DNA of 63,733 bases, filler included, from Octopus bimaculoides (taxonomy: Eukaryota): NCBI RefSeq assembly GCF_001194135.2. It is 8 parts of 7 records of this genome, joined end to end, with 100 filler letters (N's around TTAATTAATTAA, not from the genome) between each part and the next. Parts side by side here need not be neighbours in the genome. Positions count along the whole stretch, not along the records: positions 21,917 to 29,910 come from NC_068998.1; positions 30,011 to 49,720 come from NC_068999.1; 6 more parts are not named here. One strand, 5' to 3'. The notes below the pieces were generated by a model. The model made no database searches. It had not been told where the DNA came from and saw only the letters and a list, made by a program, of their open reading frames with translations. Position 1 is the stretch's first letter. Each line of letters opens with the position of its first letter. Below, piece by piece: positions 25,967 through 38,812 of the stretch. A program made the position numbers and the translations under genes.

Positions 25967-26277
25967 CCTTTCTACTAAAGGCACAAGGCCTTAAATTTTA
26001 GAGGGAAGATGCTAGTCGATCACATTGACCCCAGTGTTTCACTGGTACTTAATTTTATGTGCAACATAAAATGGCAAAATAAGATATCCAATGTCAAAAT
26101 CTTTAGAAAATGTGATACCTCCAATATCCAAAGCGTGCTGATACGAATTCAGTGCAGATGAGTGGGATATGTTGTTCTAAAGAAAAATGACCGAATTCCA
26201 AAACTTCTTCTGCATTGCCAATAAGTGGAGGGATATCGCGATAAGGTAATACCTGTCCTTAAGTACAAGGATCGTAG

Positions 26278-27211
26278 CACTCCGTCGGTTACGATGACGT
26301 GGGTTCCAGTTGATCCGATCAACGGAACAGCCTGCTCATGAAATTGACGTGCACGTGGCTGAGCACTCCACAGAAATGTATATCCTTAAGAAGGCGGCGA
26401 GCTGGCAGAAACGTTAGCACGCCGGGCGAAATGCTTAGCGGTATTTCGTCTGCCGTTATGTTCTGAGTTCAAATTCCGCCGAGGTCGACTTTGCCTTTCA
26501 TCCTTTCGGGGTCGATAATTTAAGTACCAGATACGCACTGTGGTCGATAATTTAAGTACCAGATACGCACTGTGGTCGATGTAATCGACTTAATTCCTTT
26601 GTCTGTCCTTGTTTGTCCCCTCTATGTTTAGCCCCTTGTGGGCAATAAAGAAATAAGAAACGTATACCCTTAACGTAGTTCTCGGGAAGATTCAGCGTNN
26701 NNNNNNNNNNNNNNNNNNNNNNNNNNNNNNNNNNNNNNNNNNNNNNNNNNNNNNNNNNNNNNNNNNNNNNNNNNNNNNNNNNNNNNNNNNNNNNNNNNNN
26801 NNNNNNNNNNNNNNNNNNNNNNNNNNNNNNNNNNNNNNNNNNNNNNNNNNNNNNNNNNNNNNNNNNNNNNNNNNNNNNNNNNNNNNNNNNNNNNNNNNNN
26901 NNNNNNNNNNNNNNNNNNNNNNNNNNNNNNNNNNNNNNNNNNNNNNNNNNNNNNNNNNNNNNNNNNNNNNNNNNNNNNNNNNNNNNNNNNNNNNNNNNNN
27001 NNNNNNNNNNNNNNNNNNNNNNNNNNNNNNNNNNNNNNNNNNNNNNNNNNNNNNNNNNNNNNNNNNNNNNNNNNNNNNNNNNNNNNNNNNNNNNNNNNNN
27101 NNNNNNNNNNNNNNNNNNNNNNNNNNNNNNNNNNNNNNNNNNNNNNNNNNNNNNNNNNNNNNNNNNNNNNNNNNNNNNNNNNNNNNNNNNNNNNNNNNNN
27201 NNNNNNNNNNN

Positions 27212-27246
<35 letters not shown>

Positions 27247-27713
27247 GAGAGAGAGATGCGTTCTTCCTTTTGATGTCATTTAGCTCCGGGTCAAACTTGA
27301 AAGGGGAGATTTATGATCAAAAGATGCTCCAGTCGCGACCATCACTTCTTTCATTGATAGATTCAGACTTAGTGTATATAAGATTAAATTAATCCTAGTC
27401 GAGTAACAAAAAAAAAAAAAGCCTCGCTTAAATATTTCCAGCTGTGGGCCATATCGGTTTTTCTTCAGGTATAGTTTATCACGGACTAAATTACCAAATG
27501 TGCACCTTCTTCTTTAAAACGATATTGCTGTCGCCTGCGGGAAATGTTGCTGCTATTTCTCATAGGTCAGTCGATTATATGGAGGTTACCTCCTTGGTAT
27601 ATTGTTGAAATGATTACTGTTGCAGTTGTTTCGCCCCAGATCAGCCCCGGTCGGACACCACATAACAATAACAAACCAGATTCAGGGCTTTCATATATAT
27701 ATGATACACACAC

Positions 27714-27744
<31 letters not shown>

Positions 27745-28003
27745 NNNNNNNNNNATTCAGCGTGACACAGGGTGTAACAAGGCTGGCCCTTTGAAATACA
27801 GATACAAGAGAAACAGGAAGATAGAGTGAAAGAATGTTGTGGTGAAAGAGTACAGCAGGGTTCGCCTCCATCCCTGCCGGAGCCTTGTGGAGCTTTAGGC
27901 GTTTTCGCTCAATACACAGTCACAACGCCCGGTCCGGGAATCGAAACCGCGATTCTACGACTGTGAGTCCGCTGTCCTAACCACTGGGCCATTGCGCCTC
28001 CAC
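26278..28003 (-). mobile_element. tRNA-derived SINE family C, split into 27755-28003 (head), 26656-26698 and 26278-26389 (tail)
   Basis: The head on the minus strand is GTGGAGGCGCAATGGCCCAGTGGTTAGG...GGTTTCGATTCCCGG (box A/B). ATTCAGCGT is shared at both gap edges (26690-26698 and 27755-27763). Confidence 0.75.
26390..26655 (+). mobile_element. SINE family B, full-length, with an 18-bp TSD and an internal 32-bp tandem duplication
   Basis: TSD AGAAATGTATATCCTTAA (26372-26389) / AGAAACGTATACCCTTAA (26656-26673), 16/18 identical. Unit GGTCGATAATTTAAGTACCAGATACGCACTGT x2 at 26510-26573. Confidence 0.9.
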
Positions 28004-28170
28004 CAGTACAAGGATAATCTGAAGGAATCACTAAAATCTCTAGAGCTCAACTTGACATCTTGGGAAAGTCATTGCTTCGATCGATATCCATGGCGTAAAA
28101 TGTGTCACGATGCATCCAAATAATTTGAGTTGAAGAAAAAGAACAATAGACATATTGATATGTATGTATA

Positions 28171-28226
<56 letters not shown>

Positions 28227-28845
28227 NNNNNNNNNNNNNNNNNNNNNNNNNNNNNNNNNNNNNNNNNNNNNNNNNNNNNNNNNNNNNNNNNNNNNNNNNN
28301 NNNNNNNNNNNNNNNNNNNNNNNNNNNNNNNNNNNNNNNNNNNNNNNNNNNNNNNNNNNNNNNNNNNNNNNNNNNNNNNNNNNNNNNNNNNNNNNNNNNN
28401 NNNNNNNNNNNNNNNNNNNNNNNNNNNNNNNNNNNNNNNNNNNNNNNNNNNNNNNNNNNNNNNNNNNNNNNNNNNNNNNNNNNNNNNNNNNNNNNNNNNN
28501 NNNNNNNNNNNNNNNNNNNNNNNNNNNNNNNNNNNNNNNNNNNNNNNNNNNNNNNNNNNNNNNNNNNNNNNNNNNNNNNNNNNNNNNNNNNNNNNNNNNN
28601 NNNNNNNNNNNNNNNNNNNNNNNNNNNNNNNNNNNNNNNNNNNNNNNNNNNNNNNNNNNNNNNNNNNNNNNNNNNNNNNNNNNNNNNNNNNNNNNNNNNN
28701 NNNNNNNNNNNNNNNNNNNNNNNNNNNNNNNNNNNNNNNNNNNNNNNNNNNNNNNNNNNNNNNNNNNNNNNNNNNNNNNNNNNNNNNNNNNNNNNNNNNN
28801 NNNNNNNNNNNNNNNNNNNNNNNNNNNNNNNNNNNNNNNATATAT

Positions 28846-28910
28846 ATACGACGGGCTTCTTTCAGTTTCCGTCTACCAAATTCACTCACAAGGCTTTGGT
28901 CGGTCCGCGG
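28846..28910 (-). mobile_element. SINE family A head fragment (5'-truncated)
   Basis: CGACGGGCTTCTTTCAGTTTCCGTCTACCAAATTCACTCACAAGGCTTTGGTCGG. Confidence 0.8.
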
Positions 28911-28926
28911 CTTTCATATATATATG

Positions 28927-28967
<41 letters not shown>

Positions 28968-29718
28968 AAAATCGCTCTTATAATAGTGGCTGGTGTTAAC
29001 TGTAAACACTTTTTTGAGCATATCGTAAAGGCAGCGATATCGTTAAATTCCTATAACGTCTCCTTGACTTGCAAAGCTTTACGGGTAAAAGCGTTACAGT
29101 GACCAAATTTAATATTAAAGTCAAAAATCAAATATATCCATTATCGCCTGAAGGATCACACGGGCTGTGAAACTGTGACTAACAGCGGAGTAAATTATCA
29201 AACGCTGACGATGATATAAAAATATACAGCGTATATTGAATAATTTTCACCTGCTTGTTTCCTCAAACGTGTGTATGTATATTATATTATATTGTATCAT
29301 ATTATATCATATAATATTAAATTATATTGTATTATATTTCATTTTGCTGAGGAAATAATTGTGTGGGAACATAAAATTATTGGAACGAGCATACAACTGT
29401 AGGCTTCTAAACATCACTAACTTCTTTTCCGCTATTCTTTCAATTTTGTGTAGTTCAATTGCTACGATATAGCCTGCTCCAAAATGTGCACGCAACATTA
29501 TACCTGGTTAAGCATGTAATATAGGATTATTCACTATATAGGCGTAAAGGAATTTAACGCGGCATAAATATAGTGACCTAATAGTACACAGGCATGTACT
29601 ATTAGATAATATGCATGTTACCTAATAGTAACACGTGCATGTCATGCTACTAATGCTTGCTAGCATTTAAAGCACATCACATATATGTGTGTGCGTGTGT
29701 GTGTAGGTGGTGTACACA

Positions 29719-29754
<36 letters not shown>

Positions 29755-30689
29755 TATATATAGCCTTTTTTGTTTATTTTCACTGTTTCGTTTTCGTCTG
29801 GTTTTCTGTCCGCCACTACATTCCTCCATGGCACAAATATAATTTGTGGTCCGTGGGAAGAGCCATTCTAATGATGCGTCCTGCCCTAACTCTTCGAAAC
29901 GCTTAGTTTTNNNNNNNNNNNNNNNNNNNNNNNNNNNNNNNNNNNNNNNNNNNNTTAATTAATTAANNNNNNNNNNNNNNNNNNNNNNNNNNNNNNNNNN
30001 NNNNNNNNNNATGTAGGTTTTATGAAGCATGTATCTATCTATTCGCATTTCCATCCCTATCATTCTAATTCCTCCTTCTCTCACTCAATTCTCACACTTT
30101 CTCTCTGCCCTATGCCAACAATAAATTAGTCTATGTATAATCTGTTCCCACTGTTTCAATATGCGCCATTGTAATTGTTAATCGTTTAGTGCAACGTCCA
30201 ATTTTCCTTTTAGTACTTGACGTATATAAAACGCAATCTTTGTTTTGTCTTAACTTGAGCTTCCGCTATCAATTGTTCCTGTCGAAGTTATACCGCTTCT
30301 TTATTTCCTTCTCACCTTCAGAAGAGTCTTTTTTTCTATTCTTCATCGATTTTCAATTCATATACGTCTTGATTGATTTTTTGTTTATTTATTTAATGGC
30401 ATTAAGAGAAAACTACATCTAATTTCACCTGTCTCCCATGATTAAGCTACGGAGATATGTCTATTGTATTATTAATGGGCGAATTAACATAATAGTAATT
30501 ATTACGTATTTGTATTATCATCGATGTTTTTTTATTGTATTGCTATTAATATCTTCATAATTACTGTTAATCAATAATGGCAGAATCGGAAGTGATCCAG
30601 GTAAATCCAACCGGGAATGATTTTTTTCCTTTTACCCGCCAGTAATTCATAAAATAAAAGTTGATTCCATTTAATATTAGTGTTAGGTT

Positions 30690-31880
30690 TTAGCACAATG
30701 CCAGCGACTTGAGAGAAGAAGAGGCTAAGTCGATTACATCGACCCTAGTAATCAACTGGTACCTATTTTATCAATCCCGAAAGTATGAAAGGCATATGAA
30801 TCTCGGCGGAATTTCAATTTAGAATAGAAAGTCACGAAATACTGCTAAGCATTTCGTCCGAGGTGCTAAAGATTCTACCTGCTCAACACCTTAAACCCAT
30901 CTATTATAATAATGCTCCTGTGCTTTTCTCCGTCACAACATATGAATGAGAAAGGAAGTGGTGATAGATGAATAAGGAAGGAAGTGGTGATAGGTGAATA
31001 AGAAAGGAAGGGGTTATGGCAAAACTTGGTAGACGGATGATGGAAACAGTGTGAGTATGTAAAATGGAGGGATCTGAATGTTTGTGTGTGTGTGCGGGTA
31101 TGTGTGTGTGTGCGGGTATGTGTGTGTGTGTCTGTATGTGTGTGAAATGAAAGTGGGATGGTGAACAGTCAACGCCGAAAAGAAAAATCAAACGGCGTTT
31201 CAACTCTGTGTGAGTATACGTGTGTATGTGTGCGCGTGTGGAAGGGAAGTATGTGAATGAATGTGTGAACCAGCGTTCTTTTAGTCACATCTCAAAAGAC
31301 AACTAGATAACATTGACAAGTGTATTAATTTGATTTACCATCCATATTTTGTTGAAAATAATTATTGATTGTATGTGTCGAGATTATAAAACGACTGCAG
31401 TAGAAAGGCATATCTTAAATTTGGTAATAGAAGAATCATTAAAATAAAAACTTGGTTTGTACCTTATTTATATATACTTTCCTATTCTTGGCAGAAGGCC
31501 CGATATTTTTGGGGAGGAGGCCAGTCGATGAGATCGACCCCAGTACGCAGCTAGTATTTAATTTATCGACTCCGAAAGGATGAAAGTTGTAGTCGACCTA
31601 GGCGAATATAACAAATACAGAACCAATAATAGAATAGATTCTCTCAGCTATATTAAATATTGGTTTTAAATTTTACACAAAGTCAGTAATTTCGGGACCA
31701 AGGTTATGTCGTTTACATCGACCCCCTGTGTGTTCAACTGGTGCTTATTTTACCGACCTTGTAAAATGGAAGCAAAATCTGCCTCGGCAGAATTTCGACT
31801 CGGCTCCTAAAGGAGGATAAAAATACTGCCAAGAATTTGCATGACGTGCTTAAAGATTTTGCCGGCTCGCCGCCTTTGAT
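30690..31880 (-). mobile_element. Three diverged SINE family B copies (about 30690-30895, 31490-31610, 31670-31880)
   Basis: GTCGATTACATCGACCC...GGTAC.TATTTTATC...GGCGGAATTT motifs. Confidence 0.7.
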
Positions 31881-32788
31881 TTATAGAATATTACCAGGAA
31901 TTAGTTTACAGATTTTTTGCTCAGGTGACCTAACTAGCAGTGCTATGAAAACAACCAGAATAAGAACTGGTTGGGAAAGCCTTACGTAAAAGGTATTTCT
32001 CAATCCCATTATGACAGATTTTATAATAATTTGCATGCTGTCTCGAATGTGTAGAAATTGCTTTCTTTTCAGGCGTAAATGTTTTAGAAATTGCGAAAGA
32101 GATCGAAACTTTAAACCAGCTAAAAGGTACTGAATGTATGACGTTTTTGTAGATGATCGACGAAGCTGAGAATATTAAGAAACTAGATGTAAAACGGATC
32201 GGAATCAGAATGGGAGAATGAAGACGGTACGGATCAATGCATACGTTTGAAATATAACAAGTTTAAAGTGAGATGCTACCATAGCATATATAATTTTACC
32301 TGTCTGTTTTACTTTAACAAATATATCACAGCATTTGTTGCTTCTGCTTCATTGTTTATTCGAGTGCTCTCTCCATACCTCTCTGTCGCTCTAATGAACA
32401 CGTTTCTACTCTAATAACTTCAGTACTCTCAACGGACCTCATCTCAAATCTACACCCTTGTGTTTGCATAGTAATGGGAGGACGGACACCCCATGCCTTA
32501 GTAATTATTCTTTTTTCTCATGCTGCAAACAAGGCAATCTCATCTGTAGGGGCAGCGCAATAAAATTCTGTCTGTCAATCTGCTAAGTGTGGAAATACAG
32601 CGTTGTGAGACACAGTGTTTTTTCTTCCTGGTAGATACCATAGCAACATGTCTAATGTTTTTACTGCGTTCAAATGCACCCGTTAATTACACTGCGTCAA
32701 GTTGTTGGAATTAAGAGGCACATCCTGTCGTACAAACTATTGAGAACTAGGAATATCCAGTCGATACGTGTTCTTATTACGTTTGTAG

Positions 32789-32839
32789 ATTGCAGCACCT
32801 CGAAAAATAATTGAATCGATCCGCAGACGTCAGAACCAT
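32789..32839 (+). CDS. Candidate 51-nt internal exon (phase 0/0)
   Basis: Acceptor TTCTTATTACGTTTGTAG| and donor CAT|GTAAGT. The frame is open: IAAPRKIIESIRRRQNH. It lies in unique, repeat-poor sequence. Confidence 0.45.
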
Positions 32840-34751
32840 GTAAGTAAGACTAGTCGATGTGAAATGAAAATGATAATAAGGATGCTAACGTTGAAATTAA
32901 CGCATGCAAGATTTCACAGCTTTAGCATCACACCTTCATAATCAGCCTCTGAACGTCTTAACCCACCATCGTATTTATTCTGTCTGCTTTGTCTATAACC
33001 TAGATCCTGACAATTCAAATATGTCAATCTAAAAAGAATTGTTACCATGAAGACCTAATACTTAACTGTATAAATAATATCTGCAGCGTTAAACTTTACG
33101 AGTTTTTTTTTCCTGGTTATCATACATTTAACGTAATTTTAATGGCTTCATCAATATAGATAGGTAACTAATTACGTGTTTACTTATTCTTGATACGATT
33201 TATGTAGACATTCGCCTTCCATCGGAGCTTCAACGATCCAATTGTTCATTACATTTCTCAATCAACACCAACCAAAGGAAATCAATACGCTTATTTATTA
33301 GTCATTTACGTTATCATTTCGAATTGCTTGCTCAGCCATCTTCGTTTTGTTATATATTTAAATGTAGCCTAATTGATTGTTGCAATACATTATATTATAT
33401 ATAATAAGACCAGTTTTACTAAACGAATAAAATAGCTGTCTTTTTTTCAGTAGAATGTAGAGCAAGCGTAGTGGATTTCAGTGAGAATATACTGGGAAAA
33501 TATCTGTTTTACTAACCAGAATGTCTCTATATCATCACTATTTTAACAAATATAAACACTTCAAATCCCTCTAAATTGAAGCACTTTTTTGTCATAAGGA
33601 AGAACAAACAATTTTTTTTCCATAACAGTAGATAAGCAATAGATTTATAACAGTCAGAGCATCGTAACTGCAATGTCGTTTTAAATGAATTCATAATATC
33701 AAGGGGGCTTAATCAACTGAAAACATGTAGTAAACGTGATTTACAGAAGGCTGTTATATCAGCAATTTTGATTGTTGGATATATCTGAAGCGCCGTATAT
33801 GAAATTATGAATGGCCTACGAAACTGTAATTGACTAACTGCCTACTGTAGTCACATTTGGAGCAAATCGATCTGGCTGATGCACATAATAATCTACTTCA
33901 GTGTGTAGTTTGGTAAATATTTCTGGATATTCCCAGAAATATGATGTTTTTTGGAAGTTTGCCAGCTGTCTGGATTTGTTCCATCGTCATTTCGGATGTT
34001 TTATTTCCTTTTCAATATATATATTTTCATTGTGTAGATATTGGTTATAACTAGTTGAAGTTTGTGGACTTATGATTAAACAGGTTGAAAGTGATTCTGT
34101 ATAGCATCTTCGTATTCAATGAACCGATATACTGCACTGTTTCTTCATTAGTAATGTCGCAGCTTCTGCTTGTTTAAGTATTGCAAATTGGACGATATGT
34201 CCCTATGTCCGGAAAATTACTTGAACAGTTCAAGATACAAACCCATTCATAATATTAGAGATTTCAGTGACTTATGTGTCGTTGGGAAAAACAGAAAATT
34301 TGAGATTAGTACAAGATATATGGCGGTTAATTTGGGTGTTTTGTACAAATATGACAAAATTATTCAAATTTACACCTGAAAGTGCTCCAAAGTTATTTGG
34401 AATTCGCTCATTAGACTAATATAAGAAAGAGAAACGCTAAACCGAGGGGAAAAGTGAAAATATAATCATTCCAATGACGAAACTTTCCAAATTAGAGTGA
34501 TTATATGATGATGGATATGATCAATCAGTGCATAGTAATATTTTAAATAAAATTAGTTACCTATACACGTCGTGGCATTACACATTGCTCGCATGTCAAA
34601 ATCTATAGATCTCTACTGCAGGAACCACGAAAGACATAATTTGCTAAATGTCAGGATTCGGAATTGCACGCCATTCGCAAAATGCCATCTCCAGAATCTT
34701 GAGCCGTGTAATGCCAAACTAGTGTGCATTTGAGTGCAAGAAGATTAAACT

Positions 34752-34783
<32 letters not shown>

Positions 34784-35580
34784 TTATATATATATCTATC
34801 TCTCTCTATATATAATATAGGCATATANNNNNNNNNNNNNNNNNNNNNNNNNNNNNNNNNNNNNNNNNNNNNNNNNNNNNNNNNNNNNNNNNNNNNNNNN
34901 NNNNNNNNNNNNNNNNNNNNNNNNNNNNNNNNNNNNNNNNNNNNNNNNNNNNNNNNNNNNNNNNNNNNNNNNNNNNNNNNNNNNNNNNNNNNNNNNNNNN
35001 NNNNNNNNNNNNNNNNNNNNNNNNNNNNNNNNNNNNNNNNNNNNNNNNNNNNNNNNNNNNNNNNNNNNNNNNNNNNNNNNNNNNNNNNNNNNNNNNNNNN
35101 NNNNNNNNNNNNNNNNNNNNNNNNNNNNNNNNNNNNNNNNNNNNNNNNNNNNNNNNNNNNNNNNNNATATATATATATATATACTTGTATATATGTACGT
35201 ACATATATATCTATGTGTGTGTATGTATATACGATATTGACAAGTTGCTATGTGTGCTACACACAACGAGTAGCGGAATGCAGGAAACTTGCATTGACAT
35301 GCAGCGACGACGCACCTATATACGTGTGAAAATAGATACATGCACAATTTTGTATTCATTTCTATATATTAAGTGATATCCACACATAGAGCACAAGCTA
35401 CACACACACACACGCACACATACAATTACCTGGAATATTGGAATAAAACCGATGCTTACTATAGAGTTTTCCATTTTTGAGGTCCCCTATCTATCTATCT
35501 ATCTATCTATGTATTTATGTATGTTTATATATATATATTTATCTGTCTACTTCTTTGTGAATGTGTGGGGGTGAGTGTGC

Positions 35581-35635
<55 letters not shown>

Positions 35636-36029
35636 AAAATTTATAAGAACACGGAATGTAAAAGTTTACTCAATATCATAAGAATCATTCATGTGCATTA
35701 CTAACAGATTTTAGTTGCTAGGGGCTTTACATGCTATATACATATACATATACATATATATANNNNNNNNNNNNNNNNNNNNNNNNNNNNNNNNNNNNNN
35801 NNNNNNNNNNNNNNNNNNNNNNNNNNNNNNNNNNNNNNNNNNNNNNNNNNNNNNNNNNNNNNNNNNNNNNNNNNNNNNNNNNNNNNNNNNNNNNNNNNNN
35901 NNNNNNNNNNNNNNNNNNNNNNNNNNNNNATATATGTATATATGTTTGTATGTTTGTATGTATGTATGTATGTATGTATGCATTCGTATTAAACAAGCAT
36001 TTCGGAAAGTGATGTGTGGAAAACAACGT

Positions 36030-37238
36030 CCATCATGTGGTGTCTATTTTCACTGATGTAGTTCTGAAATAGTTCTTGGAAGTTGACCTCCACTCTCTCC
36101 ATCATCACTCTGTCGATCTGGGAGACCCCCAAGCGATATAGCCTTTTTCAAATCGTCCAATGTACGTGGCTCATGCGCATACACACGTGCTTTTAGATTT
36201 CCTCACAAGAAATAATCCCACATGGACAAAGCAGGGGACCGACGGGGCCAAGGAATATGAGCAAACCTGGATATGAGGCTGTCACCTAAGAGAGGGCGAA
36301 GAACGTCCATTGATACTCTGGCTGTGTGGTCCGTCACGCCATCCTGATGAAGCCAAACACGTCGAATATATATACGTTTTCATCGTAACTCAGGTGCAAA
36401 GCAGTTGTTTATCATCTGGATGTAATATTTGGAGATTACAATAACAATATTTCCATTATTATCTTTAAAAAAATAAGGACCAATGACGGCAGCTTTTCCA
36501 ACAGCACACCAGAACATCTCTTTTGTGATGTGAAATCGCCTTTCGTGCGGTTCTCTCGGATTTCAAGAGCCCAATAACGACATTCATGCTGATTCACCAT
36601 TTCATTGAGATTAAAATGAGCTTCATCACTCATTAATAAAATGAGATGGCCATTTGCCTCAAAAATTGCTTCCATCTGACGTGAGAAGTTAAGCCGATGT
36701 ACATAGTCCCTGGGCAACCATTTCAACACTTGCCCAGTGACCAATTTATACGAGTGGAAACGTAGAACTTCATTGATATATGCACTACTGATCTATTATC
36801 GATGCCAAGTTCAGTGGAATACCTCCGAGCAGAGAGATTTGGACTCCTGTCAAAGCTCGTCTAAAGTGTTCCATATTTTCCGGTGTCTGTACCTTTCGTG
36901 GCGTCCCCAGTGGTCTCCTATTCATTAGTGTTCCTCGTGTACGACGTACATTCACCTAACGTAAGATTGTGTTACAGGTGGGATAAGCCAAATTTGGTTG
37001 AATGCTGAAGTGGCGTCGAAAATCATACTGATGTGTTGTGACAGACTGTTTTTTCTTTACGGAACTGTCCAAGGCAAACATGAAATTCTCCATCGTCCAC
37101 ATCGCCATGGTTTCACCTAAACATAAAAAGAAATGCTAAGACACGACGGAACGAATAGCACCAGTCTCACATATGACTCTCCCACTGGAGCTGAGAAATA
37201 GGTATTTCAAAAACGACCGTCTTCTCTACGTTACACTG
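36030..37238 (-). mobile_element. Tc1/mariner DD41D (rosa/VS-type) transposon, near full-length ORF relic
   Basis: N-terminus MAMWTMENFMFA; LMSDEAHF; WLHQDG...WPRRSPALSMWDYFL with 41 residues counted between the second and third Asp. The left terminus is TA|CAGTGTAACGTAGAGAAGACGGTCG; the other end was not found (microsatellite/gap). Confidence 0.9.
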
Positions 37239-37337
37239 TATATGCATCTTATAAAAGTATAAATACATGAATACATAGACATGCATACATACATACATAC
37301 ATACATATACACGCGTAAATACATATGCACATACATA

Positions 37338-37377
<40 letters not shown>

Positions 37378-38689
37378 TATATCCATATATATACATACAT
37401 ATATATATATACANNNNNNNNNNNNNNNNNNNNNNNNNNNNNNNNNNNNNNNNNNNNNNNNNNNNNNNNNNNNNNNNNNNNNNNNNNNNNNNNNNNNNNN
37501 NNNNNNNNNNNNNNNNNNNNNNNNNNNNNNNNNNNNNNNNNNNNNNNNNNNNNNNNNNNNNNNNNNNNNNNNNNNNNNNNNNNNNNNNNNNNNNNNNNNN
37601 NNNNNNNNNNNNNNNNNNNNNNNNNNNNNNNNNNNNNNNNNNNNNNNNNNNNNNNNNNNNNNNNNNNNNNNNNNNNNNNNNNNNNNNNNNNNNNNNNNNN
37701 NNNNNNNNNNNNNNNNNNNNNNNNNNNNNNNNNNNNNNNNNNNNNNNNNNNNNNNNNNNNNNNNNNNNNNNNNNNNNNNNNNNNNNNNNNNNNNNNNNNN
37801 NNNNNNNNNNNNNNNNNNNNNNNNNNNNNNNNNNNNNNNNNNNNNNNNNNNNNNNNNNNNNNNNNNNNNNNNNNNNNNNNNNNNNNNNNNNNNNNNNNNN
37901 NNNNNNNNNNNNNNNNNNNNNNNNNNNNNNNNNNNNNNNNNNNNNNNNNNNNNNNNNNNNNNNNNNNNNNNNNNNNNNNNNNNNNNNNNNNNNNNNNNNN
38001 NNNNNNNNNNNNNNNNNNNNNNNNNNNNNNNNNNNNNNNNNNNNNNNNNNNNNNNNNNNNNNNNNNNNNNNNNNNNNNNNNNNNNNNNNNNNNNNNNNNN
38101 NNNNNNNNNNNNNNNNNNNNNNNNNNNNNTATATATATATATATATGTATACATATGTATATATATATACAAATATATACAAATATACACACATACGTCT
38201 ATACGTTGTTCCCTTAAACCGCTTAAAGTGACACTCAGCAGGTGAATAAAGGACGAAGGACATATACCTGAAAAGATAGCCATAAAAAATTAACAAAGGC
38301 CAATTGTAATCTTGAGGAATCTTAGTGACACATTCCCCGTATCTGCTCGCATGGAAATCGCACTAACTTAATACGTCTCTTCAGCAATAACGTTCGAATT
38401 CCGGAAAACGTAAGATATTCTACATAACCAGACGTTTACACTCTCATGTCTACACAGGCCAAGAAATACATGTAAGCACTCCACACTCATATACAAATAT
38501 GCAAACTCACAGTGATGTACGATTATCCACACCACCCCGTTATCACCTATCAGTACATATTGTAAAGCTGAGTTTGTGTGTGTGTTTGTGTGTTGCATCT
38601 ATAGAAATCCACACCTTACAAAATAGCAATCTGGGAGTCGCACCAATGGATTTCTCATGATCGAAAATGCCCAGAATCGGTCACTTATG

Positions 38690-38740
<51 letters not shown>

Positions 38741-38747
38741 GTTGTTG

Positions 38748-38812
<65 letters not shown>

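Noticed and set aside
27900-28003. Functional tRNA genes at SINE heads (also 25108, 26390, 56516)
   Set aside because: Box A/B are present, but the heads continue into multi-copy SINE bodies and do not form complete cloverleaves.
32955-34750. Possible piggyBac relic (TTAACCC start, TTAA end)
   Set aside because: The termini do not match as inverted repeats and no recognisable transposase motif was found.
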